A stretch of DNA of 64,000 bases from Podarcis pityusensis (GCA_964106645.2 OZ067040.1), one strand, 5' to 3'. Shown: positions 12,215-24,440, counted from the stretch's first letter. Numbers and translations are program-made. The notes: a model not told the origin generated them from the sequence alone.

Positions 12215-12823
12215 CTCCCTGCTCCTTTTTCAGCTCTTCTGGCTTCAGGTTGAGCTCCACACTGAACATGGAAGGTACACAAATGAGACCACATATCTAT
12301 GAACTTTTCCACAGCACTGCTTGCATACAATTTAGCTAGTATCTGAGTTATACCCAGAGAAGTCATGCCCATTAATATAAGTGTATCTGCTCTGAATGTG
12401 ACTAAAATTAGATGCAAACCCCTTGCATTTTTATGAAGGTGTCAGAAGAGCTGCATGGAGAAATCACAGTGTTTGCTGAGCTAGTTGAAAATGTGTATAA
12501 AAGTGGTGGTGCAATTTGATGTGCTGTCCCTTCCTGCGCAATTTCATAGAAAAAAGGTGGCTGCTCCCATGTACCTAGGGGGCAGCCATATTTTCTTCCT
12601 TACAATGTCCCCGCAAGGCCACCAAGGACGTAAAACGGAATAAAAGATTGCTGCCTTTGGAGTGTCAGGGGAGCAGACATCTTTTTTCCTCTAACGGTTA
12701 CCCAGGAAGGGATAGTACGTCATAACGGCACATCCAGGGCATTTTTTAGATTCATTTTCAATAAGCTCAGCAAGTGCTGGGCTGTCTACCTGCTCCATGG
12801 CTGAAAACTGTTGAAAGAAAGTT

Positions 12824-13008
12824 TGTAGCTCAGTGGTAGAACATCTTCTTTGCATGCAGAAGGTCAAAGGTTGAATACTCCTAGCTAGGGCTAGGAAATA
12901 AATAAAAACCCTGTCTGAAACCCTGGGTAGCCATTGCTAATCGATTTAGACAATACTAAACTATATAGATCAGCAGTCTGACTAAGCAAGAGACAGCTTC
13001 CTATGTTT
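12824..13008 (+). mobile_element. Old tRNA-derived SINE with L2-type tail (Squam2/Anolis-SINE2-like)
   Basis: GTAGCTCAGTGGTAGAACATC..TTTGCATGCAGAAGGTC head and ...CAGCTTCCTATGTT tail. Related fragments near 26700, 30800 (-), 44440 and 53760. Confidence 0.65.
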
Positions 13009-13324
13009 ATAAAAGAAATGAGAAAAAACGGCCCTCAGGCCGTTTATACTTTAAAATAAATTAAATTACGTTTTTAAAAATTGAATGCCATGAGAAGCGT
13101 GTTAAAAAAAAAAAAAATTAGGATCCCACCCCAAAAAACCCTGCATGGAAACAAGGCAGAAGACACATTTAAAACACAAACCAGATCAGTTCTATTCCAT
13201 TCATCCCTATTTCTTTATTTTCTCATGAAAAGATTTGTACCTTTTTCAAGAAGTGCAAGCTTTCTGTGAATAAATACCCGTGCAATGTCCATCTACTGCC
13301 CTCTTTCTCTCCCTTTATAGGACC

Positions 13325-13367
<43 letters not shown>
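13325..13367. repeat. (TAT)n microsatellite
   Basis: Direct reading. Confidence 0.95.
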
Positions 13368-14261
13368 TTAAAAATATGCTAAATGTGTAGCAGATTTCAT
13401 TTGTTTGCCCCTTTACTGAATTCCTTTTAGTAGATGCTAAGCCAATCAAGAATGTGGCTATATAACAATCGCATATTACGGTTTCCAGAAACACACACAT
13501 AGTCTATCTCTCCCCCCCCCCCCCGCCCCTTGCTTGGTAGGCTATCTTTTTGCTAACTTTATTGATTCAGCAGTTTGGCACCAAACACCTTAAATGTTTG
13601 ATGCTGTGGGTTTTTGGGGGTGGGGTGACGTATTCATGCATGCTGTTTATTTCATATGTACATACAGAGAGAAAGTGTGGGATTAATGCCCGAAGAATCT
13701 GGCATCTTTTTTAGAGTAGGAGCAGTTGGTTTAGCTCTGAGACTCTACAGCTGCATCTTGCAGAATGGCTAACAGAACGTGGTTCCAGAGGGAATATTTC
13801 TGTGACTGACTTGTAAAGTTGAATTTAAGCATGTGTGGTAAGTGGGGCAAAGGCATATGGTGCCTTCCTGCTGCCTGCCAAATTCTGCTGCCACTGATAG
13901 TGAAATGTTCCTCCCTTCTTCCTCTTTCCAAGTAAGATTCACTCCACTGTGTATACATATGGTATAGTTAAAAATGTGTGCATGGGTAAGCTTGAACAGG
14001 GGAGGAAACATTGCACGTATGCAATATGGTCAGATCTGTGCTAAAATAGGCAAGTATGAAACAGCTTTCGGTGTCAGTTCCACTACAAATATCAGGTCAT
14101 AATAAAGCTGAGGCTTTTCGCTCTTTTACAGGTACGGGAGTTCCAAACGACCTTCTTCATTTCAGTAGACTCATTGTTTAAATTCCAGAACCAATGAGTG
14201 GTTTTGCTGCGCTTATTGAAATGAATGGGGGAAATCCATACATTCCAGAGCTGAATATATA

Positions 14262-15454
14262 ATCATCATCATCATCATCTATTATTTATACCCCGCCTAT
14301 CTGGCTGAGTTTCCCCAGCCACTCTGGGCGGCTCCCAATCGAGTGTTAAAAACAATACAGCATTAAATATTAAAAACTTCCCTAAATAGGGCTGCCTTCA
14401 GATGTCTTTTAAAGATAGGATAGCTGCTTATTTCCTTCACATCTGAAGGGAGGGTGTTCCACAGGGTGGGCACCACTACCGAGAAGGCCCTCTGCCTGGT
14501 TCCCTGTAACCTCACTTCTCACAATGAGGGAACCGCCAGAAGGCCCTTGGCGCTGGATCTCAGTGTCCAGGCTGAATGATGGGGGTGGAGACGCTCCTTC
14601 AGTTATACAGGACCGAGACCGTTTAGGGCTTTAAAGGTCAGCACCAACACTTTGAATTGTGCTTGGAAACGTACTGGGAGCCAATGAAGATCTCTCAGGA
14701 CCGGTGTTATGTGGTCCCGGCAGCCACTCCCAGTCACCAGTCTAGCTGTCGCATTCTGGATTAATTGCAGTTTCTGGGTCACCTTCAAAGGTAGCCCCAC
14801 GTAGAGCGCATTGCAGTAGTCCAAGCGGGAGATAACTAGAGCATGCACCACTCTGGCGAGACAGTCTGCGGGCAGGTAGGGTCTTAGCCTGCGTACCAGA
14901 TGGAGCTGGTAGACAGTCGCCCTGGACACAGAATTAACCTGTGCCTCCATGGACAGCTGTGAGTCCAAAATGACTCCCAGGCTGCACACCTGGTCCTTCA
15001 GGGGCACAGTTACCCCATTCAGGACCAGGGAATCCCCCACACCCGCCCGCCCCCTGTCCCCAAAAACAGTACTTCTGTCTTGTCAGGATTCAACCTCAAT
15101 CTGTTAGCCGCCATCCATCCTCCAACTGCCTCCATACATTCACACAGGACATTCACTGGTTCTGATTTAAGAGGTAGAGCGAGGTGTCATCTGCGTACTG
15201 ATGAACACCCAGCCCAAACCCCTGATGATCTCTCCCAGCGGCTTCATATAGATATTAAAAAGCATGGGGGAGAGGACAGAACCCTGTGGCACCCCACAAG
15301 TGAGAGCCCACGGGTCTGAACACTCATCCCCCAACACCACTTTCTGGAAATGGCCCAGGAGAAAGGAGCGGAACCACCGTATAACAGTGCCCCCAGCTCC
15401 CAGCCCCTCTAGAGGGTCCAGAAGGATGTTATGGTCGATGGTGTCAAAGGCCAG
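14262..15454 (-). mobile_element. L2 LINE 3' fragment (RT C-half plus 3' UTR)
   Basis: AFDTIDHNILL, GVPQGSVLSPMLFNIYM, SRLDYCNALYVGLP and HITPVLRDLHWLPV motifs with frameshifts. (ATG)n tail. Confidence 0.93.
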
Positions 15455-15870
15455 TTTGGTGTGGGTTTTGTTGCTGTTCATTGTTTGTTGTTGTTTTTGC
15501 GCTGGAAGTTGCTCATGGGACAGAGTGGAATCTTTCAATGCCCTGCGTATCAACGTGTTTCTGAGATCATTCTGAAAGGAGCAGATTCCACTAGAATACC
15601 CGTGAATCCTGCAGTAAGCTCCAAAGCAGGGGTGGGCCAAAATTCACCTGACATCACAGTGACATCAGGCGATGCTGCACTTTGAAGCCCCAATTGTTGG
15701 GACTTAAAAGCACAGTGTGGGGCTGTTCAGAACCTCTTTCCCAACAACATTACTCAGCAGCATAAGAGTAGCGCTGGGAAGAAGAAGCAGTTTCCATTAA
15801 ATGGAAAACACTTCCCTTCTTTTGAGCAAGGCTTGCTCCCTCTGCCCTTAAGTTAATTGGCAGATGGGAA

Positions 15871-16305
15871 TGTTAGAATTCCTGCTCCGTGATTGCAGTC
15901 ATGGGATTTTTGTCTATCACATGACGGTGTATGCTTTGACTCCACAGGAAGTGACGGAGACAGGATGTTTGTGTTACTGTGTTCCGTGAAGTGGACTATT
16001 GTCCTTTGTTCTTTCTCTTTGTTGTCTGATGCTAGAGAGAGAGGGAGCCATTTTGCAGTGCTCTGTGTGTGTTTGTATGTAAAGTAGATTAGCCAAAATG
16101 CTGAGTTGCTGAGGTCTGTCATGCAAGCTGCGAAGATTCTGCTGATTCCTAAGTTTGCCGATGTCTGTTGGCATCGGTCACTATGATGTTCGGGCAGAAG
16201 AAAGCTTTTGAAGCTCCCAAACAAAAGACCAGGAGGGAGAGAACATGCCAGTTGGGCATGTGTCTCTGCCAGGGTCCTACTCGAGTGCAGGACGAGCTCC
16301 TGACA
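15871..16305 (+). mobile_element. Probable solo LTR
   Basis: TGTTAG...CTGACA termini, ~435 bp. Flanks gggaa/gagag match only partially. Confidence 0.5.
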
Positions 16306-16807
16306 GAGAGTGCACCTTGCTGAAGCAAAGGAACAACGCTATGCTCCCAACTGCTCCTTTGATGCCCCACACTTACCAGCCCCATCCCTGGTGTCATGTA
16401 TGCCATCAGGCATAGGGCAGGTAGCAGTGGCTTCCCCAAAACAGCCCCACAGGCCAAATGGGGAGGCCTGGAGGGTGAAGTATGGACCATGTTATTGGAG
16501 GTTCCCCCTCTCTTGCTCTAAAGGGACAGGTTGACTTGAAAACAAACATGAAAAAGCAACTCTGCCCCCTTTTCTCATCTCCACTCTAAAGTCATATGAG
16601 CCAGGGAGAAGGCTTACCCAGGGTATATAAAGAGAGGCTAGCTAAGCTTCAGAAGGCTGGGAAGCTTCCCAGAGCCAGACACACAACCCGTCCTCTGAAG
16701 GCTGAAGCTGCAATAGCACTTTCTGGAGACTGCACAGCCTCTCCCTTGAAACTGTGGGGTTTTTTACAAGCCTATCCTGGAGCTTGCACCTCTTAATACC
16801 ACTTGCA

Positions 16808-17587
16808 TGTCGAGGTCCCCCAAGCCACCCCTAAATAAATCACAATTCACACATAATTTTTGTTTAAGGTTTTTGGCATAATTTTGGCCACAACTTTATT
16901 AAAATACATAAATGTGAGTGGTTGCTTAGGCATTGGTTCCGACTATCTGTCCCCAGCCCCAGGACAGAACTGACTTTCGGATTCCAGCGAAAGCCAATAA
17001 GGGAAAACAATATTGAGGAGAGAATGGAGATGGGCACCAGACCCTCACCTCTCCCCGCATGCTCCCAGGGGCTTGCGCAGCCCAGGCCCCATTCAGGGGT
17101 ACGGATGAAAGAATGGCAAGCCCCTGGATTCCTTTAACGAAATTCCCTTGCAGCAGCAGCATTGGAGGGGCAGGCACCACCAATCCTTACCCCTCCACCA
17201 ACCAATTTTTTAACCAATGCCTAACCGCAACCTTACAAGTTGTGACAATTTGCTACGCAGTAGGCAAAAACCAAATGGCACCAGCCAATCAGCCAAATGG
17301 ACACAATTCCTACAAGGCCCCTGCCCCCAAAGCAGATGACCCCCATGACAGACATAACAAGATCAATGCAATAGCCCTAGATTAGGGAGAGTGGGCAGGT
17401 GATCCGATGCACACAGCAAAAGAGCCCAGTCAGTGCTGTGTGACTTGATTTTATAACCTTTGGTCCGTCCCCCTAAATGGCAACACCAAAATTTGCCCAG
17501 TAACCCAACCACCCAGTCACTGCGGATGGTCATCCATACTAACCCACCCAGCAACAGAGGGGTGGCCTGTCAGACCCCACCGCAACA
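16808..17587 (-). mobile_element. Probable solo LTR (Gypsy-like)
   Basis: TGTCGAGG...CCGCAACA inverted termini. Minus-strand TATAAAA near 17450 and AATAAA near 16895. Flanks tgca/cgtg are both derivable from CGCG by CpG decay (inference). Confidence 0.55.
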
Positions 17588-18193
17588 CGTGCTCTATATG
17601 AAGGAGAACACGCTTTATATGAATAGCAATAGTGAGATGAAGAGTATTTATCATTGCTATGTGCCAGTGAGCTTAAAGGGCCAGAAGCAACCCAAATATT
17701 TCTTTATAACTAGCAACAATTGTAAATTTATCTTAATTCGTTGTTACACACACCCAGCAGCTTGGCTTTCTGTTTTAGGAAGAGTGCCATCAAACTGCAC
17801 TTATTTTTCATGATTAGATGAATTGCAGTCTGATCCTAAACATGTTTGCACAAAAACAAGTCCCTTAAATTTTCAATGAGCCTTTGTGCCAGGTGAGCAC
17901 GTTCAGGGCTGCAGCCGTAATCTTTTTAAGAAGGTGCTTTGGTTTCTGTGCTCATCAATTATTTACATATCTCCATAAATAATTCAGTAACTGGAGTGAG
18001 AAGAGGGTGGGGGGGGGGAGAGATTTCTAAAAATATACTTTTAGCATATGTTTAAGGCGGGGGTTGTCCCCATTCAAAAAGTTTTATCTTTCCAACATAC
18101 TGAACATTAGCTCATTTTATTTCCACTGGGCCTTTGTGAACTTGAAACGCCAACTGGGTTGCCTCTTTGTATCTGAAAAACATCCAGCCATCT

Positions 18194-18220
18194 TTGTTGT
18201 TGTTGTTGTTGTTGTTGTTT
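18194..18220. repeat. (TTG)n microsatellite
   Basis: Direct reading. Confidence 0.9.
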
Positions 18221-19077
18221 TTTAAGGATAAAGTCTGCAGCAGATATGGGAGAGGCGGGGCCTGCCACTAATGTAGCAAAAAATCAATAGGTGGGAAAGC
18301 TGTTTTAAAAAGCTGCACCGAGTTGAATCCAAACCTGTTTTTGAACTAAAAAGTTCTTCCTCCAGGGGAATTGCTCTACAGTTAGACAGATATGAAAACC
18401 ACATCTTCTAGTTTAGTTTGCTATTCATAAAGGAACTGTCTCCAAGCTCGTCTGAGGTCATTGTATTGACTGTAACTTTGCATGCCAGCCATCTTGGGAA
18501 TGATAAATTTGTGGCCACAGAACAACTGAGTAAACATAAGGACTAGGAAGAGCAATATCTATTTTTTAAAAAAATCAAGAAGAGTTCTAGATGGCTTGTT
18601 TCTAGCACTTTAATAATAAAGAGCTTTAGAAAGCTCTTTATGCATGCCTTTTATCTAAGTTTTTCCATGCACAATCACCATATTGTATATAATTTGCTTT
18701 CACGTGTTTCTGAAATAAAATACAATACATTAAGATTTCTTCTGAACACAATATGCTGCTATGAGAGAAAGATGAGAGGCAGGAGAGGGTGCTAAGCACC
18801 AGAAAAATATACTATTGACTATATCCAGCTTTCCCCTCCGGTGTAGATTTTTACAGAGTCTACGCTGTAGGGAGCAATTGTATTTGTATTTGGCAATGTT
18901 ATTCTCTAATTTGTGCATATTATGGTAGTATTCTCCACTGCTGATAGGATTTTTATTGCCAAGTAAGCAGTTCCAAACCAAAGACTGAGTTTATATATAC
19001 TTTTATAAAAAATATATAAATTGCATTTTGTGTTGTTGTTTTTTAAAAATGTCACCATGACTTTCTAAGTTCCTCAC

Positions 19078-21801
19078 CATTTACCCCTAAATCTTAAAAG
19101 GACTGAATTTTGGGAACCCTCTAGATGTGGGCTTGCCCCGCAGACTCCTGATCCTAGCGCTTTACAACAAATAGGCAGATCCAGAATTAAATGGTCCCCT
19201 TATGTTAATAACAATTTTGGTATTTGGACACAATCAATGGAAGGTCAACTCCTCTGGGCTGATCTGACTTCCAACGACACTGAAGAGACCTCCCCAATTG
19301 ACCATTATAACACATTAATCCGAAAACTCCAACCGTTATTGTCAAGACCCAGAAGATCTAACCAAAATGACTCCCCTACCAACAAAAAATGGTTTGACCA
19401 TGAATGCACTCAGGCAAAACTTATACTCAGGGAATGCTTTAAGGTCTTCCAGCAAAATCCTAACCCTATCACTAAATTGGAGTTACAACTTAAAAAAAAG
19501 AACTACAAAGAGTTATTAAAAACCAAAAAAAGAACCGCAGACTCTCTCATCTGGCAGGCCCTCATAAAAGCGTCAATAGAAAAAGACAATTCCAACTTCT
19601 GGAAAATTATCTCCAGTCAAACCAAAGCTCCTAATGAGGGCACAATAATCCCTGCAAATTCATGGGAAGAGCACTATAAAGTGCTGTTTAGGGAACATCG
19701 TCCTTCTGCGCCGCTTAACATCCCCTTAGATAATGATACACCATGGCCCCCAACATCTGAAACTGAAATCACTTCGCTAATTCTACAAATGAAATCTGGC
19801 AAAGCCCCAGGAAGTGATTTCATTGTCGCTGAACTTCTGAAAGCGCAAATAAACTGGTGGGCCCCGGTCCTTGCAAATCTATTTTCATATATAGATAAGA
19901 CAACTGAAATCCCTAAAGATTGGGGACTAGCTATAATTGTTCCCATATTTAAAAAGGGCAACCCCTCTGATCCATCTAATTATAGACCAATTAGTCTCCT
20001 GAATGTGATCTGTAAACTTTATACAAAACATCTATGCCTAAAATTATGGGAATGGTTAGATCATAATAACTTGCTAGAAATTGAACAAGCAGGGTTTACA
20101 TCCGGACGTTCCACCATTGATCACTGCTTAGCGTTAGATTACTTTGTCTATAAGTATGCGAAATATTGGAAAAAGTCATTATATGCGGCCTTTGTGGACC
20201 TAAAGGCAGCATTTGATTCTGTATCCAGGAGCAGGCTCTGGGCCAAATTGGCCAATATGGGTATTAACAGAAGGTTATTACTTCTGATGATTAAGCTTCA
20301 TGAGAACAATACCCTCCAGATAAGACTTGCACAGGACGGCAGACTCTCTAGAGAAATCCCAGTCCAAAGAGGAGTTAGACAAGGATGCCTATTAGCCCCA
20401 TTCCTATTTAACATCTATGTTAACTCCCTGGTCACATGCTGCCGTGAAATTGAAACCCACCCCCCTGTGTTCTCTAATGGCAGAAAAGTACCAATTTTAA
20501 TGTATGCGGATGACGCTGTTCTTCTCTCTCAAACCAAAGTGGGTCTGAAACGTGCCTTAGGAAAGTTTAGTGACCAATGTAACACTGAACTGTTAACAAT
20601 TAACTTTGCCAAAACCAAAATTGTACATTTTAACCGCTCCTTCAGGAAGGATAATTGGAGCGTAAAGGGAAACGCCATTGAACAGACTAAGACCTTCCAA
20701 TACTTAGGCATTACTTTCTCTTATAATGCCAAATTCTCAACACACTTGACCACATCAGCTATATCAGCAGAAAGAAGTGCAAATGCTATCCTTAGATTAT
20801 TCAGAAGGAAAGGAGCTGGCTTCCTCCCGATGGCCCTAACAGTCTTTCAGGCAAAATCTTTAGCCCAACTTCTATATGGCTCTCAAATTAGCCCCTCTGC
20901 CAACCTTAAGACCCTTGAAACAGTACAATCTAAATTCTTAAGATCATTATTTGCTACCCCTAAGTGTACACCTAATGCAGTCTTAAGGCAAGAGGCAGGA
21001 CTGCCCAGAGTGGAATTAAAAGTCTGGGAACAAGCAATATCCCTCTGGCTGAAAATCCATTACAATCCTAAGGGTCTATTACCTTGCTTCCTGGCCGCAG
21101 TTCCCTATCCTCCTTGGCTTATGCAAATAACTAACAAGATCAAACAAATTGGCCTAAACCCTGAAAATCTTTTTATTGGAACTCTGAACAAGGCAAAAGC
21201 TACTATCACTCGGAGACTTTATGATATCGAATTACAACAAGAAGGCGCCCTACTCCCAGAGACGTATAGATGTTTAAAAGCTTGGCCTAATTTTGCAGCT
21301 GCCCCTTACTTAACTAACATCACTAACGAAGCCTATAGATGGGCTTTCTCTAGAGCCCGCTTTGAGACAATGCCCTCAGCAGTGCTGTACGGCAAATTCA
21401 CGCGGGTTCCAATGCATGCGCGTCTCTGCCCTTGTATGTCTAATAAGGTAGAATCTGTCACACACATTCTTCTATCTTGCGAATTCTATAGTGAAGAACG
21501 AGTTCAACTTATTTTACCGCTTCTATCAAAATTTATACCCCTTCAATATTATTTGGAATCCTCCCCTGAAATTCTTCGAAAATACCTCCTGGAAGATTCC
21601 TCAAGCTCAATATCATATGAGGTGGCTAAATTTTGCACTTTAGTAATTAAGAAGCGTAAATCTCTTCTGTTGAATGGCACACTGCGAAGTTCCCTTGTGT
21701 AACCTTTTTTCTTTTCTGAAGTTGTTGCTGATTTCTTGTTGTCTGATCTTGTGGTGTTTAGTGTCACTGGCTTTGGCCGCAATAAACTTGAAACTTGCTT
21801 G
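19078..21801 (+). mobile_element. Young 5'-truncated non-LTR retrotransposon, RTE-X-like
   Basis: Stop-free frame 19078-21702. RT motifs KAPG.D, NYRPISLL, FVDLKAAFDSV, GVRQGCLLAP, YADD and YLGI, plus WFDHEC and a C-terminal CPC..ESVTHILLSC zinc knuckle. AATAAA with a short CTTG-repeat tail. Perfect 10-bp TSD agttcctcac (19068-19077 / 21802-21811). Confidence 0.9.
19237..21702 (+). CDS. Reverse transcriptase ORF of the RTE-X-like LINE (endonuclease domain lost by truncation)
   Basis: 821-aa ORF with a complete RT domain and a CCHC-type C-terminal motif. Confidence 0.85.
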   Translation: MEGQLLWADLTSNDTEETSPIDHYNTLIRKLQPLLSRPRRSNQNDSPTNKKWFDHECTQAKLILRECFKVFQQNPNPITKLELQLKKKNYKELLKTKKRTADSLIWQALIKASIEKDNSNFWKIISSQTKAPNEGTIIPANSWEEHYKVLFREHRPSAPLNIPLDNDTPWPPTSETEITSLILQMKSGKAPGSDFIVAELLKAQINWWAPVLANLFSYIDKTTEIPKDWGLAIIVPIFKKGNPSDPSNYRPISLLNVICKLYTKHLCLKLWEWLDHNNLLEIEQAGFTSGRSTIDHCLALDYFVYKYAKYWKKSLYAAFVDLKAAFDSVSRSRLWAKLANMGINRRLLLLMIKLHENNTLQIRLAQDGRLSREIPVQRGVRQGCLLAPFLFNIYVNSLVTCCREIETHPPVFSNGRKVPILMYADDAVLLSQTKVGLKRALGKFSDQCNTELLTINFAKTKIVHFNRSFRKDNWSVKGNAIEQTKTFQYLGITFSYNAKFSTHLTTSAISAERSANAILRLFRRKGAGFLPMALTVFQAKSLAQLLYGSQISPSANLKTLETVQSKFLRSLFATPKCTPNAVLRQEAGLPRVELKVWEQAISLWLKIHYNPKGLLPCFLAAVPYPPWLMQITNKIKQIGLNPENLFIGTLNKAKATITRRLYDIELQQEGALLPETYRCLKAWPNFAAAPYLTNITNEAYRWAFSRARFETMPSAVLYGKFTRVPMHARLCPCMSNKVESVTHILLSCEFYSEERVQLILPLLSKFIPLQYYLESSPEILRKYLLEDSSSSISYEVAKFCTLVIKKRKSLLLNGTLRSSLV

Positions 21802-22030
21802 AGTTCCTCACAAGAAACTGAAACATTGACCTTAAATAACCATTAAAATACAGCGATATACATCTGCAATCACTGGCCTTTGCAAATGAGGATAATTTGT
21901 AGAACATTATCCCCTTACGTATGTGATGTTGGTTATAAATTGCTTGAAAGGCTCTTGAATTCTGGTAAAATTAATGCCAAACTGTACATGACACAGGAGA
22001 TCAATGATCGGAACTCTCAAGGCTGTGTAA

Positions 22031-22059
22031 TAGTAGTAGTAGTAGTAGTAGTAGTAGTA
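22031..22059. repeat. (TAG)n microsatellite
   Basis: Direct reading. Confidence 0.9.
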
Positions 22060-24401
22060 ATAAAAAATAAGTCATTGCAGCCCTTGTGGTTTGGGATCAG
22101 CAGTGCTGAGAGAGTGCTAAACACTTTCCCCTTACTACAACTACCCAAGCCATTATCCCATACTGGTGAAAAGGGGCAGATACAATATTAATTCAAACAG
22201 TGTCAACAACAGCTTCTGGCAGGGTGGATTTTGATCTGGGGAAAGGTGCAGTTGGAAAAGGTTTAGACCCCCCCCTTCCCCAGTGCTGCTGCCCTGATCC
22301 AATTGTTCCCCTTCCCATGGCTAATTTCAAGTCTCTTAAAATAAATTGTATTTTAGGCCTTAGTCATATAGTGAAATCATCATCATCCAGTTTTTGCTGC
22401 CCAGCAGAGGGCAATTCACACAACTGATGTGAAAAAGCCAGGAGTGGCTTGTTTAAAGAGATTAAGAGATCACTTTCTTCATGTGTATATATATGTGTAT
22501 TCCAGCACATAGCCTCGTCATTGCATACCACTTCATGTTGCTGCCAATAACGTCCCTTACTCGTAAGACGTTTGAGAATGAATTAGTGGCATACCATCCA
22601 GAAAGTTGCTGTGGGATTCATACATTGCTATCCTATGTAGATTTCCCTGGAAATCAGTTTCACTGGGACTTAATACTGAGTAAACATTATTTATCAAGGT
22701 TTCTATACTGCCTCTCTTCAACAGTACCAGGGCAATATAACAACATCACATTAAATACAGTAAAATACATCACAATCTGCAGTAGACCATCCAGATGCTA
22801 TCCAGACTCAGAATTAACAACCCGCAAAGCTCATAGGACAGGTATCATGTGTTCATGGGGATATTCATTGTAATGGCTTCTCTGCAGTGTCCTGTGATGA
22901 ACTGAGTGTCTGTACTTTGTCAAAACGAGGTTAATGTGCATCAGTTACCCCATTTCTGAAATAAGAGGTAGGCTTGGAACTCTGACTGTAAGATGAAGCA
23001 GTCTATCTCCAGTCCATATCAGTCTCACAAGTTTTCATTCATAAGTCCGTTCTATCAGTTTTTGCATTATATGCAATATTTTTTAAAAACAACAGGATTT
23101 TTTTTATTTAAACAGGTGTTTTCTCAGAAAATCTGCATTTGTAAATTTATTTAATCCTAAAATACTTGTTTTAATATGTGTTTTATCAAAATAATAATGA
23201 TCAAACTAACCAAGTACTGCATTGCTAAATTTGAAAAAGTGCTAAATACAAAGGTCAACTACATTCAGATCCGCACATTAGTACAGGTTAGTTCATATTG
23301 GAATTTGCAAATAAAAATGAATTCCTTAAGCTACCCTAGTAATAGGTAGATTCTGTAGCAGTTCTAATGGTTGTGCAGCAGCAAATCTTTTTTTACATGC
23401 AACTATCTAGTGTGAGGTATAAAACAGCCCTTCTGTGAATGGAAGGTGCCCTTTTAGATGCAGAAGGGCAGTTTTGGATTTTACCTGCCAGTTCAGGTGC
23501 TCCAAGATTCTTTTCCGCAATAGCCTCAACGTGCAAGGCTTTTAACTAACTGGGTGATCAGTGATGGCTGCTTTTATTACTCTGGTCCAACTGTACTGCG
23601 TTTTAGACTGCTTCTCTTGTTAGAGTACTGTTGTTTATATTATATTTTATGTGATTGCTTAATTGTAGACTGCTTTGGCTATTTTAATAGAAAAGTGATG
23701 TATAAATATTTAAAACACAATAAATATATAAAAAGCTGTGCAAGCATTTTTATGAAAGTGATTGTTCATACTTGGCAGTATGTCCAGTGGTCCCCATAGT
23801 ACAGTACAGGTTTTACTTATTTCGAGAGGGACCCCTGAAGGCAGAAAAATTTTAAGGATCTGATTCAAAGTGTGTTTAATGTTCCACATCACTGAAATCA
23901 ATAGGACATTTTTTTCCTTGCTCACAGAAGTTTCCAGAGGGTTATGCTTGCTGCAAATTTCTCTAGGAATTTGAGTTACAGTACTGCTTAAAAACAAGAG
24001 ACACTTATGGTTTATATACAGTTATATTGTATCTTTCCACAGTTGAGCATCAGTGATAAAGTAAAAGTAAATGAACAACCAGATGAAAATAATTAAAAAA
24101 CACACCTATGAATACCTTATTCAAATGATTTGCTGAGCTGAGGAATGTGTGATATGAGTGAATTAAAGAGTGAACAGTGCCTTTAGTCTCCCCCACACCT
24201 CCCATGAGGATATAATGTACAAAGCTATAGGTTGTTGTTGTTGTTTTTTCATTTTATGTCTCTAATGTGAATATAGTATGTTTGCATCCTAGTTTGCAAT
24301 GTAGATGACACTCTACAGTCAAACTCTAGCTATATACAAAACATGTAAGATACAGTCTGATTTATTATGAAATGGCAGCTATATCTCTTCTTTTTTTGCA
24401 G

Positions 24402-24440
24402 ATGAAGATGGAAAATAAATGCTGTTCTCCCTCAGATCAG
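24402..24440 (+). CDS. SNTG2: SNTG2 39-nt micro-exon
   Basis: ctcttctttttttgcag / gtatga. Encodes MKMENKCCSPSDQ (mammalian MKMANKCCSPSDQ), in phase with the flanking exons. Confidence 0.93.
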
